DNA of 64,000 bases from Octopus vulgaris (GCA_951406725.2 OX597824.1:48794001-48858000); one strand, 5' to 3'; positions 38,976-54,358 are shown, counted from the first letter of the stretch. Made by a program: numbers and translations. Notes: generated by a model from the sequence alone, not told the origin.

Positions 38976-40045
38976 CTCGTTAGCATAATTAATATTAGTA
39001 ATGGTGCAACATTATGAGCTTAGCTGGTTCAATACTTTGATCGCGATTATTTTGAGCATACGTGTATATTTGTTTACATTACATGTGTATACATCATTGA
39101 ATGAATGCATACATCGGATTGTGCATCTGTACATTCATACATTGGTGCGTGCGTGTGTGTAAATACATGCCGTATTTCTCATCTTCTCAAAAATCCCTTC
39201 ATTTCTATAGTCAGACAAAAACAAAGAAAAACATTATGAGAACAATCTCAGTTGCAATGAAGCAGTTTAATTCGTTCTTATTTGTTTTTCTTAGAGAAGA
39301 GCTCTACTGGAATGGGAGAGTACTTTTCGTAAAGACTGTGTAAGTTTTACATTCTACTTGTTAAGCATATCAATAGCTATGTCCAGTGCTTTATCAATAA
39401 TAGATATATTAGATATTAGACAAATGTAACCTTTGTATGTTTGAAAGTGAGCGCTGTGGGGGCAGAAATGTGTCGGAATGAGAGGCGAGTGGGAGAGAGA
39501 AATGCGTCTGAGAGTAGTGGAGTAGGCTATACTGGATGAAGAACGCAACCTTCGATTCTTACATACATCACATTCGAGATTAGAAATTAGAGTTTGGCAG
39601 GAGAGGGCGGGTTGGAGAAGAGAAGGTTTGGATTGGAGTAAACGGACATGAAGAAGAAGAAGAAGAAGAAGAAGAAGAAGAAGAAGAAGAAGAAGAAGAA
39701 GAAGAAGAAGAAGAACAACAACAACAACAACAACAACAACAAATGTATTAATGGATGGTAATACGTGAAGGTAGAGAAATAAATATGGTGTCAGAGTGAT
39801 AGAGAAAATATGGTGGAGGTGTAGGACGAACGTGAGATGAGGTGAAAGGAATTGATTGTGAAATGTCTGTATGATGTGGTGGTAAGGTGGAATGGTGGAG
39901 TTTGGATCAGATGAATGGCTGAACTGGTACAGCTAAACAAAGCATGTTAGGTAGCGGGGTGTGGTGGTGGGTGTGAATGGCGATCAGGCAAAAATATGGA
40001 AGTAATAAAGTGACTAGAGTGAGGAGAGAGGGAGGGTAGAGCGAT

Positions 40046-40084
<39 letters not shown>

Positions 40085-41424
40085 AACGAAGGAAAATGTT
40101 AAGATGGTACGGTACAGAACAGAAGGGATGTGGGAGGAATGGAAACAAAAGCCGGAATAAAAACGAAGTAGTGTGTTTAGTAGTGTATGAGTAAACAGAG
40201 AAAAGATTGAATGAAACAAATAGAAAAATACAATATCTAAGAAGTTATTGAACTGCTTAGAAAAGAGAAAATACAAATAAGGATATGAGAGAAGTGGAAG
40301 AAAAGAAAAGAAACAAGGAGAGAAAGAAAAATAACTCTGTAAGGAAAGAAAATAGGAAAAAGTAACTCTGTAAGAAAAAAAAGCAGGAGAGGGGAAGAAA
40401 AAAATTAAAACTTAAAAGGAAAAATAGGTTATAAAATAAAAATTATACGGAATTGATAAAAAAAAACAGAAAGAATTAAAGAAAGAGAGAGAGTGAAACG
40501 AAAATTTAAAGAAATTAAATGAGTTAGAAGGTAGAAAAGAAAAAGAGGTAGAAATAGGACGATGTAACTAACGGACGGCCGAAAGAAGCTTGCTTTAAGT
40601 GAGTAAAAGCAGACCGCGTAAACTTGAGCCGAAAATCAATTGCTGGCTTTTACTTGAATAATTATTACTAAATAAATATTGATCGTATGAAATAGCGAAG
40701 ATGGCGGCAAGAGTATTAAGCATTGTATATCAGTCAGCCATTGCCAGTGATCACTATTGTGATTATAAATTCTTCAGACAAGCAACAAGGAGAGTGAAGC
40801 AAAAAGGAATTGTGTGCCGATGGATGAGGCGGAGCAGATGGAGAAAAAAGATAATGGAGAGCCACAAGAGAGGGTTAGTGAGAGGCTGAGAGAGAGAGAG
40901 AGAAAGGGAGAGAGGTGAAGATTAAGAGATGGAAAGATGTATATTATGAATAAGAATGCAAGTGAGATTAAGAGCGTTAATGAGGGTATGTAAGATACAT
41001 TAGAGTGTGGGGACATGAATATTTGACCCAGATTTCTAATGGTCTTTGACAGTACGTTACAAAAGAGAGATACCATTTCAGAAAAAGCACCAAGTGTCCT
41101 CTAATTAAACAGTGCTCTCTGATTAAAGAGTCTCCCATGATTAAAGATTCATGTCCTGTCACTAATACCGTGAAGTTCCCCTACTCTAAATGCATCATCA
41201 TTACCTATGGCAGATTAGGTTACAAGAAAAGCGAGAACGACTCAGTGGTGAATAAGATACGATTTTCATCAAAAGTTTTTACATGTGTTTTAGCAATGGC
41301 CTCCCTACAATTAATTATGTAACATAACAAACCAAGTGGCGGTGGGGAGAAAAACACATTCACATACATGAGTACATACATACATGCATACATACATACA
41401 TACATACATACATACATACATACA

Positions 41425-41455
<31 letters not shown>

Positions 41456-41873
41456 TTCGAGACGAAAAAAAATCCACAAGCTTCCGTCTCAGTAAACCAG
41501 TATTATCCCTGAAAATTGCTTTTTATATTTATTACGGATTGCTTGAAGTTTACATTCTTCCTACACCTCGATCCTTGGATCTGAGATATATTGCTGTCTG
41601 GGTAGAGTCATTCTCTTTTAGTGCCTTATTATTTAACACACCCACCGGTAAAGTTTCCACTCATTCACTTATTTATTTTTCCTAAAACTTTCGTTGCGTC
41701 TTCCAGCCTTTTCAATAGTCGTTGACTATGTCCGTTATACGAGCCGCATTCTTTTTGTTTGTTTGCTTGTACGCATGTGTGTAAGTCAGTGTGTGTGCGC
41801 ATACACATGTAATGAAATAACAATCATAGAAATTACTTCGTAATAGTAAACGATAGTAGTATAGGATACTTTT

Positions 41874-41953
41874 ATATAATATAATATAATATAATATAAT
41901 ATAATATAATATAATATAATATAATATAATATAATATAATATAATATAATATA
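41874..41953. repeat. (ATAAT)n pentanucleotide microsatellite
   Basis: Directly visible. Confidence 0.95.
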
Positions 41954-41957
41954 AGAT

Positions 41958-42352
41958 GGCGTGGCGGAAACGTTAGCACGCCGGGCGTTAATGCTTAGCG
42001 GTATTTCGTCTGCCGCTACGTTCTGAGTTCAAATTCCGCCGAGGTCGACTTTGCCTTTCATCCTTTCGGGGTCGATAAATTAAGTACCAGTTATGCACTG
42101 GAGGTCGATGTAATCGACTTAATCCGTTTGTCTGTCCCTGTTTGTCCCCTCTGTGTTTAGCCCCTTGTGGGTAGTAAAGAAACAGGTATTTCGTCTGCTG
42201 TTACGTTCTGAGTTCAAATTCCGCCGAGGTCGATTTTGCCTTTCATCCTTTCGGAGTCGATTATATAAGTACCAGTTGCGTAGTGGGCTCGATCTAATCA
42301 ACTAGCCCCCTCCCCCAAAATTTCGGGCCTTGTGCCTAGTGTAGAAAAGAAT
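41958..42352 (+). mobile_element. SINE family A heterodimer (tail 1 unit plus headless tail 2 unit)
   Basis: Junction GTAAAGAAACA-GGTATTTCGTCTG at ~42174-42197. Confidence 0.9.
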
Positions 42353-42662
42353 ATAATAAGATATAATATATGGAGGAAAAAACAACAAATTATAAAAACG
42401 CACCTCAGCATTTCGAAAAACTCTTGAAATATTACTGATTTGTACGCACGGAAAGGATTTCTTTTAAAAAAAACTTTTAATTAACAGTTTGTATCACAAT
42501 TGCTTTTTTTTTTCTTTATCCAACTATTTCTTTCATATAAAAAAAAGTGTTGAAACTAAATAAACTCGTATCAGCTTCCAAATTAACAATTCTCCGGAAA
42601 ACAACAAAACCGAGAACAGTTTGTAACATTGCGATGTTATATGTTGTTTGTGTGTGTGTGTG

Positions 42663-42716
<54 letters not shown>

Positions 42717-43881
42717 ATCATTTCACTTCTAACCGTATTTTTTCGCCATGTGTCGTTGTGGTGCCTGGAGCAATGAATAGCTTTACTTGTATCAGTCTAC
42801 TTCTTTTTTTCTTAAGAAATCAGATACCGATTGGAGATTGAAAGATATTTATTCTTGTAATTTTGCCACTGTAACTGCTTCAGAGCTTAAAAGTGGCCCG
42901 CTTCATATGTTAGAAATAGAAAGAAAATCTCCCTTATTTCGCATCCTACTGTTTCTGTTTTTGATGATTACAATGCTTTCGATCACAAGTCAATGCTGTC
43001 AGGGCGGAGCTGAAGCTAAACAACCACAAGATATAACAAGACTGAACATGATATAAGTAATCTAACCAACAGACAGATACAGGATTTCAACTGAACCAGT
43101 AAAGAATAACAACATCAACAGCAGAAGCAACAACAACAACTTAAACTAGCAGCAGCAGCAGATCAATGTTGAGCAACGTATTTAAATTTCGATATTTCTT
43201 TTTCTGGCAGAATCATTAACTTTGCCATTCACCCTTTCGGCCTCAATAAGACAAAATATAATCACCAACCTGACTACGCGACTATCTCTACGCCATCGCC
43301 CTTTTGTGCCACTGCCCCTCTGGGACACTACTCTCTGTGCCACGGCCCCCCTGTGCCACCACTCTGCTACTCCATCACCACTCTTCCACACCACCACTCC
43401 TTCATTCAACCACCTCTTCATGCCACCAACCCTCCAAGTCACCACCTCAAACTACCACCCTACTATGCCGCCTCCCCGCCGCAGAAACCCATCCCCACCA
43501 CCATCAATGCATCAACCACATACCCAAACGATTGAAGTTGGTGCAGTTTAATGTTAGGCTTAAATTTCTGCTGTTTGATAGACGGTAAATTTAAGAAGAA
43601 AGAGCGCAGAACTAAGAGGGAAATTACAGAAAATTGGAATTTCTGAGAAATAATGTTTAGGGTTAGGGTAAAATATTGAGTACGGGTTTGCGGAGTGAGA
43701 CGCAAGGGGAAGAATGTGAGGACGAAAAGAAGATGCATTAAATGAAAGGCAAGTCTTGTTTACACAGAGAAGCAGACGACATTGTGGCAGCTCTAGAAGA
43801 GAAGGGAAAAAGCAGAACTTATCGACAAAAAATCGTAATTTTGGTGAGTAAATTATTACCTATCATCCATGTGTACGTGTG

Positions 43882-43962
<81 letters not shown>

Positions 43963-44519
43963 CAACAATCCATCTCATGTCAGTGCACTATTCCAACGAA
44001 TTTGCTGTAAGTTTTTAAAGGATCGGCAACTAATGTCAGCTGTGTTTCCGTAGTTCTGGTGCAGCAAATTATTCCCTAAGGTTAAACATTTTATATGTCA
44101 TATCTCATGTGAAAGCATCAAACGTTGCGAGGCCTTGCCTTTACAGCAACGTTTAACAGTTTTGTTGCATAGGGAGGCTGTAGTGTGATTGCTTCATTAA
44201 TGTGGAGTGGTTGCGTTGGAGCTGTGGAAAGCGACAAGAAAATGTCCATTGGAAGATGATTTCAAGGACTCTGATCATGAAAACAGAAGGAAAACTGAGT
44301 TCAGTGTGTTGTCATATGCATATGTAAGTGTGTAGGTAGCTGTGTCAAATTGTTAATGTAGAACAGAAGAAATAAAGTTGATAAAATATTGGTCTAAGAT
44401 GGCACATCAAAGCAGGCTGATGCGAAGAAAGCATACATAGCAGGAGAGCTTTATTTCAATGAAGGAGTTGAGAGAGAAAGATAGTGATCAAAGGTGGATA
44501 ACTTACCTGTGTAGTAGGC

Positions 44520-44731
44520 TTTCATCTTTTATCTTTTATTTGTTCAAATTATTTGACTGTGGCCATGCTGGGACACCGCCTAGAAGAATTTTTAGTCGAA
44601 TGTATCGACCCCAATACTTTTTTTTAAATCTGGTACTTATTTTATTGACTTTATTGGTGAACCGCTAAGTTACGAGGATATAAACACACCAACACCGGTT
44701 TTCAGGCGGTTGTTGGAGACAAACACATACA

Positions 44732-44811
<80 letters not shown>

Positions 44812-44979
44812 AACACACACACATATATATAGGCTTCTTTCAGTTGCCAACAACCAAATCCAATCACAAGGCTTTGGTCGGCCCGAGGCTATAGTAAAAG
44901 ATACTTATAGAAGGTACCACGCAGTGACACTGAACCCAGAACCATTTAGTTGAGAAGCAAACTTCTCACCACAGAGCCA
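44520..44979 (-). mobile_element. SINE family B
   Basis: TTTGACTGTGGCCATGCTGG tail, internal (CA)n, head at ~44930-44979. Confidence 0.85.
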
Positions 44980-46120
44980 GATATTTTTCACATCAGACAG
45001 AAATATGGGGTTTTAACGATATTTTGGGTCAAAGACAACCGATGCTGACGTAAAAGAACAAGTCACCAGCAGATTTGATTCTCCGAAAGTCATACAAACA
45101 ATCAATGTAAAATGAAAGAAATTCAAAACGATACAAGAGTTGGTTGTCTGCACTCGTTTCCACATCTTTAAGATGTTGCCATTGAAGATCATGCTGCGAT
45201 AGTTGCTAAGTTTGAAAGACATTTCTTTCTTTGTAATGGGTATACTCTAGTTTGTTTTCCTAAATTCAGTTATTTCTCCGTGAAGATTTAACATCGTGTC
45301 AAGCATAGGTGCTACATGTAGAAGTGAACTGTTAGAGGATAAAATACGAGACGATGTCAAAACAGGCTGCCTTTTTAGATTGAAATGATCGGAAGTTGTC
45401 GAACTTTGTGACTGTGTGCACGTAGAGGTCAAATGAGTGGTGTGGAGAAGAATTTTAGAGGATTCATTTAATGTGAGAAATATGGATATGAAGGTAGACC
45501 GGACAGTGTATTTGGTGGATTTTATATGTAAGAGTACTACTTATAAATCTTTTTTATGCTCAAATGCAAATTTTTCTTTATCTATATTGTTTTTTTAGTT
45601 TCAGATCAATCCTGACCAACAAATCCTAAATCTAAAAGTATTCCATCCCAACTTATTTTACACTTGTGTTGGTCTATACCACCATTATTGTAAAAAGCAA
45701 ATACAAAAAGAAAAAAATCCTATCTGTAGATTCTCTATATCATCAAGATATCTGAAGATAATGGCGATTAGTTTACCCTCAGATCCAACAACCTGAATCT
45801 TTCAGCTGGTGATACATGGATTCGATATCAGATAAAAAGTAGATCTGATTGATGCAAACTGCTAAAAGGAAAAACACAACAATTGTAAGAAATACAAAAG
45901 ATAGAATTGATAGGCATTAAGGTAAAAATCAACCCGTGAAATAGCCAACGGCCACATTTGGTTCTGGATGGGAGTCAACATTAGATTCGATTATCAGTGC
46001 TGCCAAGAATATGGCAAGAGGATATTCTGCAAGCAGCGAAAAACCATTGATCTGTATCTGCAAAGTCATTGAGAAAAAGAAAACAGCTTCTTATTTGGCT
46101 GGCATTCAAAAGATATTAGT

Positions 46121-46156
<36 letters not shown>

Positions 46157-46366
46157 GTGTGTATGTGTGTACTTGTGTGTATATATGTGTGTATGAGAGT
46201 GTGTTTGTGTGACAGCATGTGTGTATGTGTGTATTTGTGGGTGTGTATTAGTGCGCATGGGTACATAAATACGCATGGGCAATTGTACATAGATTTGGTT
46301 TCGTACATGCAAATATACACATATCACTTCGTAAAATATACATATACATACATATGCACACGCACA

Positions 46367-46444
<78 letters not shown>

Positions 46445-47429
46445 ACGCAATTTGAAGAAGAATCAGTTGTGTGATCACCAGAATTATCTGCTCCTAAAAT
46501 AGCACGTAAGTGGTTGAGCATTCCACAGACACGTGTACCCTTAACATAATTCTGAAGTAGAATCAGTGTGACTCAGTATGTTTGGCAAGGCCGTCCCATT
46601 TGAATTACAGACACACAGGAACCGAAGGGCTTTTATTCTGTTTTCATCTACCCAATTTCGTTCGAAATGGGTTGACCCAAGGCCGTTGCAAATAGTGGTT
46701 GCTAAGAAGATACCACTCAGTGGGATCGAACCCAGACCTTGTTGCTGCGATTTGGATTTCTTAAATGTTTGGTTATACAGCGCCTACATTGTGTGTGTGT
46801 ATGTGTATGTGTGTGTGTATGTGCGTGTAGATACATACATACATACATACATACATACACACATTGATTAATTCGGCTATACTGCGCTGACATAAATACT
46901 ACACATCCACACACACATACACACACATATAAATATGTGCATACATATACACATATACATAAATACATATACATGCATATGAACGAAAGTGTTAGAGAAT
47001 ATTCAACACATGATATAGGGTATATTATTTTAACTGAATTCTTTTAAGCGCGATTTTCAACAGAAAAATGTCTTTTTTTCAGGTCGCCTTGAATACATTG
47101 GAGCAAATTCATTTCTTTGTCTATAATTTTCATTGACTTGTTTTTGATGTTGTTATTTTTTTATTAAAGCGTTGTGTGTCGCTTCATTCGCCTATTCATT
47201 GTCTCCCTTTTTCATGATCAGCTTCACTTTATTTACTAAATTTGCTTTTCTCTACATCCTTTCGTATTACATAATGCAGTAGTTCTGTTTCTGATTTTCG
47301 ATTGCATAACAGCACCTTGTTTTCCTAAGCTTTGTCCTGTTCGGCTACAACAGTCTATTTGCTTATCGCTTATTCATTGTCTGCAGCAACCCGCTCATTA
47401 AGTTATTCATATACTGTTGTCCTGTCAAG

Positions 47430-47960
47430 AAAGCTGAGCAATATATCAATATATCCAACCAATCTAGAGAAGAGGTTAGCCTAATAATTCCCTATGTCAC
47501 GGAACGACACAAATTAGACGCATTTAGCAAAAATAATGTCATAGAAGAGTTGAACCTCAAAATAACCTCCCTAATCTAATAATGTTCCCTAGACATAGCT
47601 CTAAAATAACCTCTAAAAACATATAAACCTTGAAGAAAACCGAATGAAGTGCTCCTATATATAAACAGGTATTCCAACCACCTACCTTCAACGATAACGG
47701 ACTGGATCAACATAAGCCCCGGACAATCTCCACAATATCATCCAGCAAAATAATAAATCCATCAGTCAATAGCATTCAATAATGAATTCCTAAAAATAGC
47801 AAGTTCAAAGACAAATTACAATACATTCCCAAAGTCCCGAAAACGAACTATAAATCAAAGAAAACTAGAAAGAGGAACGGTAACTTTAGCCAAATATAAA
47901 ATATTCCTAAAACGAACCGTCATACATTTCCTAATCTACCAAACATATCAGAAACTATTC
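47430..47960 (+). mobile_element. Highly decayed Penelope-like RT fragment
   Basis: Manual translation near 47625 gives KP*RKPNEVLLYINRYSNHLPS, resembling the PLE motif YRKPN..YI...SNHPP. Confidence 0.55.
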
Positions 47961-48949
47961 AATACATACGACGCCAAGTACCCACCCTCGGAGCTTGCTG
48001 TCTGGCCAATCTATGAAGGGACTTGCAGGCGAGGATGTGAGTGTATACTAGATGTATAAGTACGTAAGTGTAGGTGTCTGATGCCGATACCTGTGTATCT
48101 GTTATGCATATGTGTGGAAGGTGCGCGTCTGTGTTAGCTGGCGTGTGGATGAGAGATGATGTCATCAGCTCGTTAGTGCGTATGTGCGTCTTTTCTAGGT
48201 TGTGTGTACGTATAGATGCAAAGGAGTTTCAGCCATGTGTGTGTACTCGCGTGCGCGAGTATGTGGTTGTTTGTATCAACTGTGTATATCAGCTACGTAT
48301 GTATTAGTTTTAAGGGTGTGCATGCATGTGTGTGTGTGTGGGTATGTATGTGCGCGCGAACGAATACGTGTGTGTTAGTGCTTGTTGTGTACGCATGTAT
48401 GTGTACGTGTTCAGAATGTATGTATGAATGTGTGTTTGTATGGACGCTTGGTGAATGTGAGCAAGTACATTCCTGTATTTATGTGTACGTATGAATGCGT
48501 GAGTGTTTGTCTGAAGAACATGTATGCGTGTGTGCGTGTGTTTTCATCTGGTGTGCGCGTGTGCATACATATGTATTTATGTTTTGGGTGAGCATGATAG
48601 ATGTACGCCAGTGTTGTTGCAACCGCATTGTTGAGGGTGGAGGTGGGAGAATTTGGTGTTGGATTGAGACTTGGTGGTGTTAAAGGGGAAAGAGGTTCGG
48701 TTGTGGTTAAGTGGGGAAGAATCAGAAGAAAAGCAAGCGTATATGTATGTGTGTAGATGTATACCTACAATGATGTATGCGTTTGTGCACACATATATCT
48801 TGGAGACAGATGTGGTGGGGTTACAGGCAATGCACAAGGCTGGAAAGTCAATCTGTGGTCTACGTATGCATCGCTGGTTAGGAACTTTGTCCGTGGTTGT
48901 TGGGTAGCCAGTACTGAAGTGCAGTTAATGTTAAGATGGTATATCTGAG

Positions 48950-50520
48950 TTGTCGGCGGCCAGTGGTTTGAAGGCTACCAGGAAGAGGTACCTCTGATAG
49001 CAACAATAAGATAGTTCATATTTCTTGTTGACAGACACTGCAGGATGGTAAAGAATATGCAGTCTTTCGCAGAGGCAGAACGGGCAATTACATGTGCCGG
49101 GCGAGTAAGGTTTGGACTCATTCGATTTTGGGGGGTTCATTCCGGAGGCCGCGAAGTCTCCAGAAGAAACGAGACAACGAGGTGAAATTCTCTCTATCTT
49201 TGCATCTAAAAGAAAGCATATGTTGTGTGTACCTCCCTTGAGGCCATTGGCCGCCATGCTCATGTCGTGCATTGTGATGCTATCGGGTGATGTGAGTGTG
49301 ATTATGTAGACTACAGTTCTTGAGTGGCAGAGTCCTCCTAGATGGCAGCTGGTAGGGTTTGGGTAGTTACAGGTTAGGTTGGAGGTTGTGTGGATGCGTG
49401 TTTGCACCTGTAGTAGCATGTAAGGATAGAAGCAATGCTGTCTAAACAGGAATAGCTCACCTTGACTTCATGTGGTTTGAAAAGCTTATAGTACACATGG
49501 CCGCATGGAAATTTTTTCTTAATCAACGACAAGAAGCTCCTAGCTATGTTGGTGGAAACTTCTAGGTTAAATTGAAAGTTGAACCAGATTATCTTTCTCT
49601 TCCTTTCTTCTTCCGGTTTGGGGGTAGCGGTTTTATAATGGAATGGAAGGTTTATGATACCTGTGGAGTGTCTCCTTTTCCCATTATAAGAGTCATCCAT
49701 ATATGCTGGCTTCTCAGAAAATCCACTCCACACCAATGTATCACTGTAGTCCTATTGAAGATTTCCCTATCGGTTGAATGCTTAGATATCTGCTAACTGT
49801 TTACTGTGGGTGGGTGATTCGAGCTTCTGAAAATGCACAGTTTCTTCGCTGGGCTTCCTGTAAAAGTATTACTTGCTCGCTTTCAGGTCTTAGTTCAAGT
49901 CTAGGAAGTCATCAGTGGTCAAGTTGGTGGTAACTATTATAGGCAGGCCAAATTCTTTGAATATCTTTATCAGGTCCTTCCCAAACTTGTCCATGGCGTG
50001 GCCGTTCATGTGAATTGAGATTGCCAGACTGCCGTCCCTGTAAAGAGCTGACCTGTGTGGGTGAGAGCGTTTCTTGGGGGTATCCAAGATAAAAAAGCCG
50101 ACGGGGTCGGCAATCTCAGCCCCTTCGAAGCTCCCCATAGAAACGTTGAAGAGATAATCGCCTTCTTTTCTCACCCAGAAGGAGTCGTCATGAACTACGA
50201 TTGATTCTCTGGAGATGTCACGATTGATTCTCTGGTGAAGATTCTGACATCTAGATCACTTATACAACTGAATTGCCGAGCGAAATCCAGGGCTTTCAGG
50301 AGAAGAGATTTCTATAACGCAGAGTAGAAATTTATGATGTAAAACTGTGAGAATCAGCAGGCTGATTTATTCTCGATACCACAGAAGCTAACAATCATAG
50401 CTGCACTGGAATCCCATTGAATCAACCCTGCGGCCCTTCTAATATCTAAGTTGATGCTATTGAAAATGCACGTATTGCTAATGGTTACTTCGTTTTAGAT
50501 AATGTTGATTAGCCTGCATT
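48950..50520 (-). mobile_element. Decayed Penelope-like element (RT plus GIY-YIG)
   Basis: FNVSMGSFEGAEI..LYRD..DFLDLN; RKRKIIWFN..KVSYSC; CHLGGLC..VVY; CPFCLCERLHIL..NKKYEL. Confidence 0.85.
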
Positions 50521-50967
50521 TGGGGTTGGCAAGGAAACTGGGTTTGGGATACTTAACTGAAATGTGGGATGTCACGTGGAAAGGTGGTGTACATGATCCT
50601 CTATGTTTCTGTATTTATATTATTGTATGTGGAGGTGCTGGTTTTCTTCTATGTCTTGGTGATCGTGTTTGTGGACAAACGAAAGGAAAAGTAGTCAACA
50701 CATTTAGTGGGAGATACATATATTATTATTTAAAACAGTTTGATTTGGTTCCATGTGACTTAAAGTTTAGTAGGCTTCTTAGTGAAACCTAGCTCATTGG
50801 GCTCATTTAACCGAATGGAGACGATGCAGGAATTCCAAGATGACTACCAGAAATTGGATTGCCATTGGTCAAGGCAGGTCACATGGTGTTGTTAGAAGTG
50901 GGATCAATATTCCAGCGACACCAGATGCCTTAAAAGGGAGAATTCCTTGAAGATGCATGGGCTAATA

Positions 50968-51045
<78 letters not shown>

Positions 51046-51119
51046 GGCATAATAGTAATAAAATAATATATAATAATAATAATTAAAATATAAAATATAT
51101 ATAATAATATAATAATAAC

Positions 51120-51173
<54 letters not shown>

Positions 51174-51177
51174 CATT

Positions 51178-51909
51178 ATTCAGTAGTTTTATTTTTATAG
51201 CGTGCTTTCACTTTACTATCGAGCGCAGCTCTGTGTGCCTTGGGTATGTGCTGTGATTTGTTGTGATGCTCTGATGGTTATTGTATGGAAAGTGTTCTGC
51301 GTAGGATGTGTACAGTGCCTAGTAGTGCAATTTTCTGTATGTTATATGTGTTTGTAAGTCCTGGTGTTTTTGTTATGTATTTGTCTGAATATTTTTTTAT
51401 CATGCCTAATGCACCTACTATGATAGGAATTGTTTCTGTTTTCAGATTCCACATTCTAGTTACCTCTATTTCCAGGTCTTTGTATTTTGAGAGTTTCTCC
51501 ATTTCTTTTAGAGACACGTTGTCATCAGCCGGTATTGATACATCAATTAGAAAGCATTTTTTTCTTCATGGTCTCTGACAACTATATCTGGTCTGTTGGC
51601 CTTAATTTCTCTATCTGTGTGTATCGGCATATCCCAGAGTATGGTTGCTTTCTCGTTTTCTGTGACCTTTTCTGGTGTGTGCCTATACCATCTTTTTTCT
51701 GTTGTTATTCCATAATGTTGGCATAGCTTCCAATGTATGTAGGTTCCAACTCTGTCATGTCTGTGAATGTATTCCTTCTTAGCCAGGACTGGGCAGCTAG
51801 AGATAATATGATTTCTTGTTTCTTGTCCATCTACACATATTCTGCAGTTACTTGTAATATTTCTTTTCATTACATGTTTTTGGTAATTTCTGGTGGGGAG
51901 GCTTTGGTC
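51178..51909 (-). mobile_element. Young 5'-truncated R4/Dong-like family A
   Basis: ORFs 51547-51870 and 51278-51517 near-identical to ~17110-17743; TAA flanks. Confidence 0.93.
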
Positions 51910-51992
<83 letters not shown>

Positions 51993-51993
<1 letters not shown>

Positions 51994-53672
51994 TATGTTT
52001 GACTTTTGCTTTATGTCTGTACAAGTTGGCTCCAAGTCTCACCCAGAGACCTCAAGAGACAACAGGTTGGAAGTTCACGTTGTTGTTATGCCTAGTGTGC
52101 CATATATTTGGGGGGGGGTTGTACTAAGTGAATGTCTAATACATAAATTTTAAAAAAAAGAAAAAAAAGTTTGTTTTAAACCTTGGGATTACATAGAGAG
52201 TATTTTGCGTAGGATATGAGCAGTTCCCATGAGCACTATCTTTTGAATTTCTGCCATTTTGGGGTTTCCTGTTATCTGAGTTAGGTAGCAATCAGCTCCT
52301 TTCGCTATCATTCCCAGGGCACCTATGACAACAGGTATTGTTTTAGTCTTCAGCTTTCACATTTTGCTGATTTCTATTTCAAGATCTTTATATTTGCTCA
52401 GTTTTTGGTAGGTCTTGACAGATACGTTTATATCGATTGGGACAGTCATATCAATGAGGAGGCATGTTCTCTGTCTGAACACTTTCAATATGATGTCTGG
52501 CCTATTTGCATCTATCTTTCTGTCAGTTTGAATGGTGAAGTTCCAGAGGAGTGAGATGTGGTTATTTTCAAGCACTGGAGGTGGATTGTGTTCCCACCAG
52601 TTTTTTTCATGGGGCAAATCCAGGTTTTTGCAAATTACCCAGTGAATATATTGTGCAGCTCTATCATGCCTGTTGAGGTACTCTGTAGACGTTTGAAGAC
52701 TGCATTTGGAGACAACATGATCAATGGTTTCATTTTGTTGTCAGCATACACGACATGTTGGGCTACTGCCGTTCTTTAATATGTTGGCCTGGTAGTTTCT
52801 TGTTGGTAGGCATTGATCTTGAGCTGCTATGATAAACCCTTCTGTTTCAGATTTTAAGCCAGAGGCCATTAGCCATTGATGGGTCAGGGCTTTGTCAATA
52901 TCTGCATTATTTGCTCTCTTTGGGTATTTGCCACAGAGAGGTTTTTCTTGCCATTTATTATTCAGAATATCTAAGGCCGCAGTTTTGGCACGGGTTTTCA
53001 TGCGCCTAGCTTTTTCTGTGATTGTTTCTTGTATGTCCATCTCTAATTCCGAAATTTGTTGTATTCGGAATTCACTTAGATATTCCTTTGTCTGTTTTGT
53101 TACTGAGTATGATGCTTTTTTGTTTTCATGTTTTGAGACAAGTTTTAGCATCCAGTCCTCAGAGTTTTTCAGGTAGGTGTCTAGGCCAATTGTAGCAATC
53201 TTCATTGTTATTGCCAGTTGCAAAAGACCACAGCCTCCCTCTTTTCTTGGTAGATAAAGTCGTTCTATATCTGCCTTAGGGTGGTGCATTTTATGCATTG
53301 TCAACAGTTTTCTTATTTTTCTGTCGAGCTGACATATTTCAGTAATTGACCAGTTAACGATATTGAACTGTAAGTCATGACTGGTATGGCTAATGCATTG
53401 ATCGCTTCGATCCTGTTTCTTGCATTCAGCTCTGTCTTGAGTATTGCTCTCACTCTTCGATAGCATTCTCTCCTGATCCTTTCCTTCATCTCTGAATACC
53501 TTATTCCGTTCCCTTCAATTACCCCTAGGTACTTGTAGCTCTCCGCTGGGTCTAGTTCTTTTATGACATTCTGCTGGTCAAGGTTAACGTTAGATGTTTC
53601 TGTCATTTTTCCTTTGATAAAGGTAGCTTTTGCACATTTATCGAGGCCGAATTGCATTCTGATGTCGTCATT
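51993..53672 (-). mobile_element. R4/Dong-like family C, 5'-truncated
   Basis: FGLDKCAK..YKYLG; HHPKADIERLYLPR; FIIAAQDQ; CRVC; RPDII..LIDMTVP. Distinct 3' UTR ending in (TAA)n. Confidence 0.92.
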
Positions 53673-53686
53673 GAATTATTATTACT

Positions 53687-54045
<359 letters not shown>

Positions 54046-54047
54046 TA

Positions 54048-54257
54048 TTTCTACTCTAGGCACAAGACCTTGAAAATCTGTGGGGAAGGGGAGAGTCGAT
54101 TACATCGACCCGTGTGTAGCTGGTACTTATTGCATCGACCTCGAAAGGATGAAAGGCAAAGTCGACCTCAGCGGAACTTGAACTCAGGACATAGCAACGG
54201 TAGAAGTACCGCTAAGCATTTCGCCCGGAGTGCTAACGATTCTGCCAGCTTGCTGCC
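54048..54257 (-). mobile_element. SINE family A (tail type 2) inside a TAA tract
   Basis: Reverse complement of head and central domain. Confidence 0.85.

Positions 54258-54358
<101 letters not shown>

Noticed and set aside
40701-40889. ORF with ATGGCG start as first coding exon
   Set aside because: Short, no recognisable domain, runs into purine-rich low complexity; kept only as a regulatory candidate.
44990-45540. Possible Penelope RT relic
   Set aside because: Only vague motif similarity; cannot be supported without a profile search.
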